Positions 1 to 12,750 of a stretch of 64,000 nt of DNA are shown here, one piece after another (positions within the stretch are counted from its first letter, which is position 1; the number at the start of each line of letters is the position of its first letter). The notes under the pieces were generated by a model. The model did not search any database. It was not told where the DNA came from and saw only the letters and a program-made list of their open reading frames with translations. Both the position numbers and the translations under genes were made by a program. Source of the stretch: Azolla caroliniana (lineage: Eukaryota; Plantae; Polypodiophyta); the NCBI GenBank assembly GCA_043228905.1, contig JBHGNT010000014.1, positions 18,414,001 through 18,478,000 on the forward strand, given 5' to 3'.

Positions 1-3000
1 GACCATAGGTGCCTTCTTGGTTTTCTGGAACATTGATCTCCGGCTGAGTTTTAATTGTATGTTCCTGCTGTGAGATTTCTTGGTGACCTATGGAACTCAC
101 AGTGAGCAGGTTGTGGTCGATGAGTTCAGGCTGTATTTGGTCTATGAGATCGTCCGATTTTTGTTGGTCTTCAATTACATGCTCGGCTGCTTTGAACTCA
201 TCGTGCTCACTTCCCTGAAAGTCTTCCTGCTCTTCCCCTTTTTGAACATCTTCGGATGTGTCTTGGTCTTGAGGAAATGGTGTTTGTATACTTGCAGCAG
301 TGAGTCCATCTGCGGGAGCTTCTGGTATATGTTCTGTAGGATGCGCGGCTGTGATGAACACATCGCAGTCACCTGGGGTAACATCTTTGTGATGTTCTTC
401 TCCTGTTGTATCTTCTGACGCATGTTGCTGTTCAGCCGTGTGGCTTAGCCCATCGAAATCATCTTGATCACGATCCAGGGATTCCTGGTTCGCTGCAAGG
501 TTGATCTCCTCAACACTTTTAGCTGTATGTTCTTCCGGTGTAATTTCCTGGCGCCCCATCGTATCGACATTGGGTGGCGTTTCTATTATGAATTCTGTAT
601 TTTCTTCCTCGATGCTATATTCTGATGTTTGTCGCTCTTTAAGGGGATATCCCTTGTTCTCGTTCAGATCACTGGCCTCAAAATCTTTCTGTTCTTCTTT
701 TTGTAAATATGTTGAGGCCTCTTGTTGTTCAGCCAATGGTTCTTCTTTACGAAGAGGAAGAACTACATCCTCAGGGGCATCCAGTATATGTGCAGGAAGA
801 AGTTCATTTTGTTCTGGGTGTTGGATATCTTCTGATGGGTGGCGATCTTCGGAAGGACGCGCTGTTATCGTGAGCTCATCGAAGTCACGTGCGGCAAAGT
901 CTTTTTGCTCCTCATGTGTTGTTATCAGTGGAGAGGTGTGCTGCTCTTCCGCCATTCGGTTTAGTACATTGAGCTCATCTTCGTCCCTATATAGCGTGGC
1001 TTGGTTTGCTGGAACGCCCTCTTTGATTTCTTGGCTGGCTATGAGATCGGCATGTAGTAGGTTGTCTTCTTTGAGTTCATCATGTACTTCCTCTGTGGAA
1101 TCGTCCGATGTCTGTTGCTCTTGAGGAGGACGGACTATTGCCTCTAACTCATCCCTGTCACTAGCCGCAGAGTCTTTTTGTTCTTCCTCACATTGGGCAT
1201 CTCCCGAGGTCTCCTGTTCTTCAGGAAACTGGTCTTTTATGCCCAGAAGAGTAACCCCATCTGAAGGGGCATCCACTGTATCAGCATGTGGAAGTTCCTC
1301 GTAGGCATCTCCTGATGTGCGGTGCTCCTCTGAAAGATGCTCCGTTTTCTTAATGTCTCCGCAGTCCGTTTCGACAAAATCTCTCGGCTGTTCTTCTCTT
1401 TGTAGATATTCTGAGCTCTGTTGTTGCGCTTCAGCACTCTGGTCTGGTACAGAGAGCTCATCTTGATGACCATAGGTGCCTTCTTGGTTTTCTGGAACAT
1501 TGATCTCCGGCTGAGTTTTAATTGTATGTTCCTGCTGTGAGATTTCTTGGTGACCTATGGAACTCACAGTGAGCAGGTTGTGGTCGATGAGTTCAGGCTG
1601 TATTTGGTCTATGAGATCGTCCGATTTTTGTTGGTCTTCAATTACATGCTCGGCTGCTTTGAACTCATCGTGCTCACTTCCCTGAAAGTCTTCCTGCTCT
1701 TCCCCTTTTTGAACATCTTCGGATGTGTCTTGGTCTTGAGGAAATGGTGTTTGTATACTTGCAGCAGTGAGTCCATCTGCGGGAGCTTCTGGTATATGTT
1801 CTGTAGGATGCGCGGCTGTGATGAACACATCGCAGTCACCTGGGGTAACATCTTTGTGATGTTCTTCTCCTGTTGTATCTTCTGACGCATGTTGCTGTTC
1901 AGCCGTGTGGCTTAGCCCATCGAAATCATCTTGATCACGATCCAGGGATTCCTGGTTCGCTGCAAGGTTGATCTCCTCAACACTTTTAGCTGTATGTTCT
2001 TCCGGTGTAATTTCCTGGCGCCCCATCGTATCGACATTGGGTGGCGTTTCTATTATGAATTCTGTATTTTCTTCCTCGATGCTATATTCTGATGTTTGTC
2101 GCTCTTTAAGGGGATATCCCTTGTTCTCGTTCAGATCACTGGCCTCAAAATCTTTCTGTTCTTCTTTTTGTAAATATGTTGAGGCCTCTTGTTGTTCAGC
2201 CAATGGTTCTTCTTTACGAAGAGGAAGAACTACATCCTCAGGGGCATCCAGTATATGTGCAGGAAGAAGTTCATTTTGTTCTGGGTGTTGGATATCTTCT
2301 GATGGGTGGCGATCTTCGGAAGGACGCGCTGTTATCGTGAGCTCATCGAAGTCACGTGCGGCAAAGTCTTTTTGCTCCTCATGTGTTGTTATCAGTGGAG
2401 AGGTGTGCTGCTCTTCCGCCATTCGGTTTAGTACATTGAGCTCATCTTCGTCCCTATATAGCGTGGCTTGGTTTGCTGGAACGCCCTCTTTGATTTCTTG
2501 GCTGGCTATGAGATCGGCATGTAGTAGGTTGTCTTCTTTGAGTTCATCATGTACTTCCTCTGTGGAATCGTCCGATGTCTGTTGCTCTTGAGGAGGACGG
2601 ACTATTGCCTCTAACTCATCCCTGTCACTAGCCGCAGAGTCTTTTTGTTCTTCCTCACATTGGGCATCTCCCGAGGTCTCCTGTTCTTCAGGAAACTGGT
2701 CTTTTATGCCCAGAAGAGTAACCCCATCTGAAGGGGCATCCACTGTATCAGCATGTGGAAGTTCCTCGTAGGCATCTCCTGATGTGCGGTGCTCCTCTGA
2801 AAGATGCTCCGTTTTCTTAATGTCTCCGCAGTCCGTTTCGACAAAATCTCTCGGCTGTTCTTCTCTTTGTAGATATTCTGAGCTCTGTTGTTGCGCTTCA
2901 GCACTCTGGTCTGGTACAGAGAGCTCATCTTGATGACCATAGGTGCCTTCTTGGTTTTCTGGAACATTGATCTCCGGCTGAGTTTTAATTGTATGTTCCT

Positions 3001-5559
3001 GCTGTGAGATTTCTTGGTGACCTATGGAACTCACAGTGAGCAGGTTGTGGTCGATGAGTTCAGGCTGTATTTGGTCTATGAGATCGTCCGATTTTTGTTG
3101 GTCTTCAATTACATGCTCGGCTGCTTTGAACTCATCGTGCTCACTTCCCTGAAAGTCTTCCTGCTCTTCCCCTTTTTGAACATCTTCGGATGTGTCTTGG
3201 TCTTGAGGAAATGGTGTTTGTATACTTGCAGCAGTGAGTCCATCTGCGGGAGCTTCTGGTATATGTTCTGTAGGATGCGCGGCTGTGATGAACACATCGC
3301 AGTCACCTGGGGTAACATCTTTGTGATGTTCTTCTCCTGTTGTATCTTCTGACGCATGTTGCTGTTCAGCCGTGTGGCTTAGCCCATCGAAATCATCTTG
3401 ATCACGATCCAGGGATTCCTGGTTCGCTGCAAGGTTGATCTCCTCAACACTTTTAGCTGTATGTTCTTCCGGTGTAATTTCCTGGCGCCCCATCGTATCG
3501 ACATTGGGTGGCGTTTCTATTATGAATTCTGTATTTTCTTCCTCGATGCTATATTCTGATGTTTGTCGCTCTTTAAGGGGATATCCCTTGTTCTCGTTCA
3601 GATCACTGGCCTCAAAATCTTTCTGTTCTTCTTTTTGTAAATATGTTGAGGCCTCTTGTTGTTCAGCCAATGGTTCTTCTTTACGAAGAGGAAGAACTAC
3701 ATCCTCAGGGGCATCCAGTATATGTGCAGGAAGAAGTTCATTTTGTTCTGGGTGTTGGATATCTTCTGATGGGTGGCGATCTTCGGAAGGACGCGCTGTT
3801 ATCGTGAGCTCATCGAAGTCACGTGCGGCAAAGTCTTTTTGCTCCTCATGTGTTGTTATCAGTGGAGAGGTGTGCTGCTCTTCCGCCATTCGGTTTAGTA
3901 CATTGAGCTCATCTTCGTCCCTATATAGCGTGGCTTGGTTTGCTGGAACGCCCTCTTTGATTTCTTGGCTGGCTATGAGATCGGCATGTAGTAGGTTGTC
4001 TTCTTTGAGTTCATCATGTACTTCCTCTGTGGAATCGTCCGATGTCTGTTGCTCTTGAGGAGGACGGACTATTGCCTCTAACTCATCCCTGTCACTAGCC
4101 GCAGAGTCTTTTTGTTCTTCCTCACATTGGGCATCTCCCGAGGTCTCCTGTTCTTCAGGAAACTGGTCTTTTATGCCCAGAAGAGTAACCCCATCTGAAG
4201 GGGCATCCACTGTATCAGCATGTGGAAGTTCCTCGTAGGCATCTCCTGATGTGCGGTGCTCCTCTGAAAGATGCTCCGTTTTCTTAATGTCTCCGCAGTC
4301 CGTTTCGACAAAATCTCTCGGCTGTTCTTCTCTTTGTAGATATTCTGAGCTCTGTTGTTGCGCTTCAGCACTCTGGTCTGGTACAGAGAGCTCATCTTGA
4401 TGACCATAGGTGCCTTCTTGGTTTTCTGGAACATTGATCTCCGGCTGAGTTTTAATTGTATGTTCCTGCTGTGAGATTTCTTGGTGACCTATGGAACTCA
4501 CAATGAGCAGGTTGTGGTCGATGAGTTCAGGCTGTATTTGGTCTATGAGATCGTCCGATTTTTGTTGGTCTTCAATTACATGCTCGGCTGCTTTGAACTC
4601 ATCGTGCTCACTTCCCTGAAAGTCTTCCTGCTCTTCCCCTTTTTGAACATCTTCGGATGTGTCTTGGTCTTGAGGAAATGGTGTTTGTATACTTGCAGCA
4701 GTGAGTCCATCTGCGGGAGCTTCTGGTATATGTTCTGTAGGATGCGCGGCTGTGATGAACACATCGCAGTCACCTGGGGTAACATCTTTGTGATGTTCTT
4801 CTCCTGTTGTATCTTCTGACGCATGTTGCTGTTCAGCCGTGTGGCTTAGCCCATCGAAATCATCTTGATCACGATCCAGGGATTCCTGGTTCGCTGCAAG
4901 GTTGATCTCCTCAACACTTTTAGCTGTATGTTCTTCCGGTGTAATTTCCTGGCGCCCCATCGTATCGACATTGGGTGGCGTTTCTATTATGAATTCTGTA
5001 TTTTCTTCCTCGATGCTATATTCTGATGTTTGTCGCTCTTTAAGGGGATATCCCTTGTTCTCGTTCAGATCACTGGCCTCAAAATCTTTCTGTTCTTCTT
5101 TTTGTAAATATGTTGAGGCCTCTTGTTGTTCAGCCAATGGTTCTTCTTTACGAAGAGGAAGAACTACATCCTCAGGGGCATCCAGTATATGTGCAGGAAG
5201 AAGTTCATTTTGTTCTGGGTGTTGGATATCTTCTGATGGGTGGCGATCTTCGGAAGGACGCGCTGTTATCGTGAGCTCATCGAAGTCACGTGCGGCAAAG
5301 TCTTTTTGCTCCTCATGTGTTGTTATCAGTGGAGAGGTGTGCTGCTCTTCCGCCATTCGGTTTAGTACATTGAGCTCATCTTCGTCCCTATATAGCGTGG
5401 CTTGGTTTGCTGGAACGCCCTCTTTGATTTCTTGGCTGGCTATGAGATCGGCATGTAGTAGGTTGTCTTCTTTGAGTTCATCATGTACTTCCTCTGTGGA
5501 ATCGTCCGATGTCTGTTGCTCTTGAGGAGGACGGACTATTGCCTCTAACTCATCCCTGT
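1..5559. repeat. Near-perfect coding tandem repeat, unit 1467 bp (489 codons), about 3.8 copies visible
   Basis: Identical ORF sets recur at 80/1547/3014/4481. The only difference noticed is G>A near 4504 (cacagtgag vs cacaatgag) until divergence begins at about 5560. Confidence 0.97.
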
Positions 5560-7698
5560 TACTAGCCGCAGAGCGTTTCTGTTCTTCCTCATGTTGGGCA
5601 TCTCCCGAGGTCTCCTGTTCTTCCTCACGTTGGGCATCTCCCGAGGTCTCCTGTTTTTCAGGAAACTGCTCTATTATGCGGAGTAGACTAACTTCATCGG
5701 AAGGGGCATCTACTATATCAGCATGTGGAAGTTCCTTGTCGTCTTCCTTGTAAGCATCTCCTGATATGCGGTGTTCTTCTGAAAGATGCTCCGTTTTATT
5801 AATGACATCGCAGTTTGTTGCGGCAAAATCTCTCGGCTCTTCTTGTTTTTGTAGATGTTCTGAGCTGTGTTGCTCTTCAGCACTCCGGTCTAGTACAGAG
5901 AGCTCATCTTGATCACCAGAGCTGGCTTCTTGGTTTTCTGGAACATTTATCTGCGGCTGAGTTTTAGTTCTATGTTCCTGCACTGAGATTTCTTGGTGTT
6001 CTATGGAACTCACAATCAGCAGGTTGTGGTCGATGAGTTCAGTATGTACTTCGTCTATCAGATCGTCCGAGTTTTGTTGGTCTTCAATTACATGGTCGGA
6101 TGCCTTGAACTCATCATGGTCACATCCCTGAAAGTCTTCCTGCTTTTCCTCTTTTTGAACATCTTCGGACATGTCTTGGTCTTGAGCAAATGGTGTATGT
6201 ATACTTGCAGCAGTGACTACATCTGCGGGAGCATCCGGTATATGTTGTGAAGGATGCGTGGCTTTGAAGAATGCATCGTAGTCACCTGGGGTAACATCTG
6301 TGTGCTCTTCTTCTCTCTTTGTATCTTCTGACGCATGTTGCTCTTCAGCCGTGTGGCTTAGCCCATTGAAATCATCTTGATTACGATCCAGGGATTCCTG
6401 GTTCGCTGCAAGGTTGATCTCCTCATCACTTTTAGCTATATGTTCTTCCGGTGTGATTTCCTGGTGCCGCATTGTATTGAGATTGGGTGGCGTTTCTATT
6501 ATGAATTCATGATTTTCGTCCTTGATGGTATATTCTGATGTTTGTTGCTCCTTAGGGGGATATCCTTTGTTCTGGTTGTGATGACTGGCGTCAAAATCTT
6601 TCTGTTCTTCTCTTTGTACATATGTTGAGGCGTCTTGTTGTTCAGCCAATGGTTCTTGTTTATGAAGAGGAAGAACTCCATCCTGAGGGGCATCCAGTAT
6701 AGGTGCAGGAAGAAGTTCATTTTGTTCTGCCTGTTGGATATTATGTGATGGGCGGCGATCTTCGGAAGGACGCGCTGTTATCGTGAGCTCATCGAAGTCA
6801 CGTGTGACAAAGTCTTTTTGCTCCTCATGTGTTGTTATCAGTGGAGAGGTGTGCTGCTCTGCTGCCGTTTGGTTTAGTACATTGAGCTCATCTTCGTCCC
6901 TATATAGTGTGGCTTGGTTTGCTGGAACGTCCTCTTTGATTTCTTGGCTCGCTATCATATTGGCATGTAGTACGTTGTCTTCTTTGAGTTCATCATGTAC
7001 TTCCTCTGTGGAGTCTTCTAATGTCTGTTGCTCATGAGGAGGACGGACTATTGCCTCTAACTTATCCCTGTCTGTAGCCGCAGAGTCTTTCTGTTCTTCC
7101 TCACGTTGGGCATCTCCCAAGGTCTCCTGTTCTTCAGGGAACTGGTCTTTTATGCCCACTAGACTAACCCCATCTGAAGGGGCATCTACTATATAAGCAT
7201 GTGGAAGTTCCTTGTCGTTTTCCTTGTAGGCATCTCCTGATTTGCGTCGCTCTTCTGATAGATGCTCTGTTTTGTTAACGTCATGGCAGTCCGTTTTGGC
7301 AAAATCTCTCAGCTGTTCTTCTCTTTGTAGATGGTCTGAGCTGTGTTGCTCTTCAGCACTCTGGTCTAGTACAGAGAGCTCATCTTGATCAGAAGATATG
7401 TGTTCTTGGTTTTCTGGAATATTTATCTCCGGCTGAGTTTTAGTTGTATGTTCCTGAGGTGAGATTTCTTGGTGACTTCTGGAACTCACAATCAGCAGGT
7501 TGTGGTCTATGTGTTCAGGATGTACTTCGTCTATGAGATCGTCCGATTTTTGTTGGTCTTTAATTACATGCTCGGCTGCCTTGAACTCATCATGGTCACT
7601 TCCGTGAAAGTCTTCATGCTCTTCCTCTTTTTGAACATGTTCGGATGTGTCTTGGTCATGAGCAAATGGTGTTTGTATACTCGCAGCAGTGACTACAT
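2..7698 (-). CDS. Distal giant coding segment (putative exon 4) of the acidic repeat-protein gene; open frame runs off the window start
   Basis: The minus frame opens after TAA at 7717-7715 and reads TDAPADVVTAASIQTPFAHDQDTSEHVQKEEEHEDF... Manual translation of 7714 to about 6.47 kb and of one full 1467-bp unit shows no stop, and the frame at position 4-2 is the same. It is absent from the ORF track, consistent with no stop inside the window (about 2,570 codons). Same repeat peptide family as ORF 7780-14325. Confidence 0.75.
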
Positions 7699-10600
7699 CT
7701 GCGGGAGCATCGGTTTAATGACATGTGCCACTGCCTTTAACTTGTCATGGTCACTTCCCTGAAAGGCTCTCTGTTCGGTCTATTGGTTGTCAGCAAATGG
7801 TTTTGCGATACCAGCAGCTATTACTTCTTCTGCAGTTGCATATGATATATGTTCTTGAGCATGCCTGGCTGAAGTGAACTCTCCGCAGTCATTTAGGGAA
7901 ACATTTATCTGCTCTCGTTCTCTGGTTTTATCTTCTGATGCATGTTGCTGTTCAGCAGTGTGCTTCAGTACATCGAAACCATTCTGATCAGTATCCATGG
8001 TTTCCTGGTTCGCTGCATCGTTGTTCTCCTTAACACTTTTAGCTGTATGTTCTTTCTGTGGGATTTCCTGGTGCTCCATCGTGGTGATAATGAGTGGCCT
8101 TTCTATTATGAATTCATGATTTAAGACCTGGATTGTGTCTTCTGATGGTTGTTCCTCTTTAGCAGGATATGCCTTGATTTTATTGTGATCATTTCCCTCA
8201 AAATCTTTCTCTTCTTCTTTTTGTATATATTTTGAGGTCTCTTGTTGTTCAGCAAATGATTCTTCTTTACCATCAGAAAGAACTACATCTTCAGGTGCAT
8301 CAATTATATTTGCACGAGGACGTTTATTATAATCTGCATGTTGGATATCTTCTGATGGGTGTTGTTCTTCAGAAGGACGTCCAATTATAATGAAGTCATC
8401 GCAGTCATGTGCGGCAAAGTCTTTTTGCTCTGCTTGTGTTGTTATCATTTCAGAGGTGTGCTGGCCTTCTGCCATTTGGTTTAGTATTTTGAGCTCATCT
8501 TCGTCACCATATAGTGTTATTTGGTTTGGTGGAACTGCCTCTGCGATTTCTTGGTGCCCTATCAGATTGACATGTAGTATGTTGTCGTCTTTGAGTTCAT
8601 GTACTTCCTTTGTGATACCTTGAGAAGGATGGCCTATTTCTTTGAACTCATCCCTGTCACTTACGGCAAAGTCTTTCTGTCCTTCCTCTTGTTGGGCATC
8701 TCCTGCGGTCTCTTGGTCTTCAGAAAATTTGTCTTTTACAGCCACTGTAGTAACTACATCGGAAGGAGTATCTACTGTATAAGCAGGAGGAAGTTCTTTC
8801 TGTTCTCCCTGGTGGTCATCTTCTGATGTGTTTTGCTCTTCTGAAGGATGATCTGTTGTCATAATGTCAGTTGCGGCAAAGTATTTCTGCTCTTCTTTTC
8901 TTTCTATATATACTGAGCTGTGTTGCTCTTCAGTACTCTGCTCTAGTACAGGGTACACATCTTGATCACCAGATATGGCTTCTTGATTTTCTTGAACATT
9001 TATCTCGTGAAGAATATTAGTTGTATGTTCTTGCTGGGAGATTACTTGATGATCTATGGAACTAACAATCGGTAGGTTGTTGTCGATGAGTTCATGATCT
9101 ACTTCATCTATGTTATTGTCCGATTTTTGTTGCTGTTGAGCAAGATGCTCCACTCCCTTGAACTCATCATGGTCACTTGCCTGAGAGGCTTCCTGTTCTT
9201 CCTCTGTTTGAACATCTTTGTAGGTGTCTTGGTCTTCAGGAAATGTTTTTGTGATACCTGCAGGAATTACTGCATCTGCAGGACCATCCAGTATACCTTC
9301 TGACAAGTGTCCGGTTGTAACATCCTTCTGCTCTCCTTGTCTTGTTATGCCTTCTGATGTATGCTGCTCTTCAGCACTGTGCTTTAGCACATTGAACTCG
9401 TCTTGATCATGATCCATGGTTTCCTGGTTCGTTGCAACAGTGATTTCCTCAACACTTTTAGCTGTATGCTCTTCCTGTGTGATTTCCTGGTGCCCCATCG
9501 TATTGACAATCAGTGGTCTTTCTATTATGAGTTCATGATGTACGTCCTCAATGGTATCGTTTGATGTTTGTTGCTCTTTATCAGGATATCTGTTGATGTC
9601 ATTGTGATCACTTCCCTCAAAATCTTCTTGTGTTATCTTCTGGACATGTTCAGAAGTCTCTTGTTGTTCAGCGAATTGTTCTTCAATACAATGAGCAGCA
9701 ACTACATCCTTAGGAGCATTCACTATCTGTGCTTGAGGAAGTTCATTCTGTTCTGCCTGTTGGATATTTTCTGATGGTTGTTGCTGTACCGAAGAATGCG
9801 TCGTTATCATGAACTCATCGCAATCACATACGGCAAATTCTTTTTCTTCTGGTGGTGTTGTTATAAGTTCGAAGGTGTGCTGGTCTAGTGAGATTTGGTT
9901 TAGTACTTTGAGCTCATCTTGGTCACTATATAGCCCGTTTTGGTTTGGTTGAACCTCCTCTGCGATTTCTTGGCTCCCTATCAGGTTGACAAGGAGTAAG
10001 TTGTCTTCTTTGAGTTCATTATGTACTTTCTCTCTGATCTCTGGGGATGTCTGTTGCTGTTGAGAAGGATGGCCTATTGCCTTTAACGCATCCCTATCAG
10101 TTGTGGTAAAGTCTTTCTGTTCTTGCTCATGTTGGGCATCTCGTGAGGTCTGTTGTTCCTCAGGAAATTGGTCTTTTACACCCACTAGTGGACATCTTGG
10201 TAGTGGAAGTTCTTTCTGTTCTTCGTAGTGGACATCTTCTGATGTGTGTTGACCTTCTGATGGATGCTCTGTTTTGTTATTGACATCGCAGTCCGTGGCA
10301 GCAAAGTCTTTCAGCTCTTCTTCTCTTTCTAGATGTTCTGAGCTGTGTTGCTCTTGAGCATTCTGCATCAATACAAGGAAGTCATCTTGATCACCAGATT
10401 TGGCTTCTTGAAGAGTTTTTGTTGTATGTTCCTGCTGTGAGATTTCTTGGTGACCTATGGAACTCACAATCAGTAGGTTATTCTCACTGACTTCATCATG
10501 TACTTTCTCTATGATATCGTCCGATTTTTGTTGCTGTTGAGCAAGATGCTCCACTCCCTTGAACTCATCATGGTCCCTTCCCTGAAAGGATTCCTGTTCT

Positions 10601-12750
10601 TCTTCCCTTTGAACATCTTTGAAGGTGTCTTGGTCCTCAGGAAATGGTTGTGTGATACCTGCAGCAATTACTACATCTGCAGGAGCATTCAGTATATCTG
10701 CTGAAAGATGTGGAGCTGTTGTAAGCTCATCCTTGTTACTTGCAGTAACATCTTTCCGCTCTTCTTTGGTTTTTATGGCTTCTGACGTGTGCGTCTCTTC
10801 AGCACTGTGCTTTAGGACATTGAAGTCATCTTGATCACAATCCATGGATTCCTGGTTCGCTTCAACAATGATCTCCTTAGCACTTTTATCTGTATGTTCT
10901 TCCTGTGTTATTTCCTGATGCCCCATCGTATTGACAATCAGTGGCCATTCTATTAAGAGTTCTTGATTTACGTCCTCAATGGTATCATGTGACGTTTGTT
11001 GCTCTTTAGCGGAATATCCTTTGTTCTCATTGTCATCACTTGCCTCAAAATCTTTCTGTTCTTCTTTTTGTACATATTTTGAGGTGTCTTCTTGTTCAGT
11101 AAATGGTTCGTTTTTACCAAGAAGGAGAATTTTATCCTGAGGAGCATCCACTATATTTGCATGAGGAAGTTCATTCTGTTCTGCCTGTTGGATATCTTCT
11201 GATGGGTAGTTTTCTACAGAAGCCAGTGTTGTTATCGTGAACTCGTCGCAGTCACGTGCGGCAATGTCTTTTTGCTCTGTTTGTATTGTTATAACTTTGG
11301 TGGTGTGCTGGTCTTCCGCAATTTGGTTTCGTACTTTCAGCTTACATATGTCACTATATTGTGTGTCTTGGTTTGCTGGAACCTCCTCTGTGACATCTTG
11401 GGATGTCTGGTTCTCTTGAGAAGGATGACCTATTTCCTTGAACTCATCCCTGTCACTTGCGGCAAAGTTTTTCTGTTCTTCCTCTTGTTGGGCATCTCCT
11501 GAGGTTTCTTGGTCTTTAGACAATTGGTCTTTAGACAATTGGTCTTTGACAGCTACTGGAGTAACTACATCTGAAGGGGCATCTACTATATAAGCAGGAG
11601 AAAGTTCTTTCTGTTCTTCCTGGTGGACATCTTCTGATGTGTGTTGCTCTTCTGAAGGACGCTCTGTTGTCGTAATATCGTTGCAGTCAGTTGCGGCAAT
11701 GTCTTTCAGCTCTTGTTGTCTTTGTAGATGTTCTGACCTGTGTTGCTCTTCAGCACTCTGCTCCAGTACAGGGAAATCATCTTGATCAACAGATATGGCT
11801 TCTTGGTTTTCTGGAACATTTATCTCATGAAGAGTTGTCGTTGTATGTTTCTGCTGTGAGATTTCTTGGCGACCTATGGAATTGACAGTCAGTAGGTTGT
11901 GCTCGATGAGTTCATGATGTACTTTGTCTATGATATCGTCGGATTTTTGTTGTTCTTGAGCAAAATGTTCTACTCCCTTGAACTCATCATGGTCACTTTC
12001 CTGAAAGGCTTCCTGTTCATTTTCTTTGTGAACATGTTTGGAGGTGTCTTTGAGTTCATCGTGTATTGTCTCTGTGATATCTTGGGATGTCTGTTGTGTT
12101 TGAGAAGGATGGCCTATTGCTGTGAACTCATCAATGTCACTTGCGGCAATGTCTATTGTGAGTTCATGATGTACTTTGTCGATGGTATTTTCTGATGTTT
12201 GTTGCTCTCTAGTGGGATATCCTTTGACCTGATTGTGATCAATTCCCTCTATTTTTTTCCGTTCTTCTTTTTGGAAATGTTCTGATGCCCCTTGTTGTGT
12301 TATACCAAGAGGTGGAACTAAATCCGCAGAAGCATCCATTATATGTGCAAGAGGAAGTTCATTCTGTTCTTCCTGTTGGAAATCGCCCGATGTGTGTTGC
12401 TCTTCAGAAGAATGGCCGATTACCGTGAACTCATCGCAGTCACTTGTGGCCAATTCTTTGCGTGCTTCTTCTGTTCTTATATCTTCTGACGTGTTGTTCT
12501 CTTTAGCACTTTGCTTTACTACAATGAACTCATCTTGATAACAATAAATGGTTTCTTGGTTTGCTTGAACATTTTTCTCCTGAAGAGTTTGAGCTGTATG
12601 TTCCTTTTGTGCAATTTCCTGGTGCCCTATTGGGTTGACAATCAGTGGGCTGTCTTCTATGGGTTCATGATATACTCTCTCACCAGCGCCATGATTGCTA
12701 GATATGGTTTCTTGATTGTCTGGAACATTTATTTCCTGAAGACTTTCAGC
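5560..12750. repeat. Diverged copies of the same ~1.5-kb higher-order repeat (three ~160-aa subunits per unit)
   Basis: Recurrent peptides NVPENQE..DQDD, GHQEISQQEHT and EEQHTSEDxQxEEQKDF in the 2181-aa ORF and in the distal frame, with in-frame indels between copies (e.g. a 36-bp duplication near 5581-5652). Confidence 0.9.

Noticed and set aside
1-5559. Non-coding satellite or CRISPR-like array
   Set aside because: The unit is a multiple of 3, open on the minus strand and homologous to the upstream ORF. There is no short-repeat/unique-spacer structure.
7693-7782. Simple stop-codon readthrough at TAG 7780
   Set aside because: The same frame stops again at 7695-7693 and the repeats continue in a different frame, so readthrough alone cannot join the two parts.
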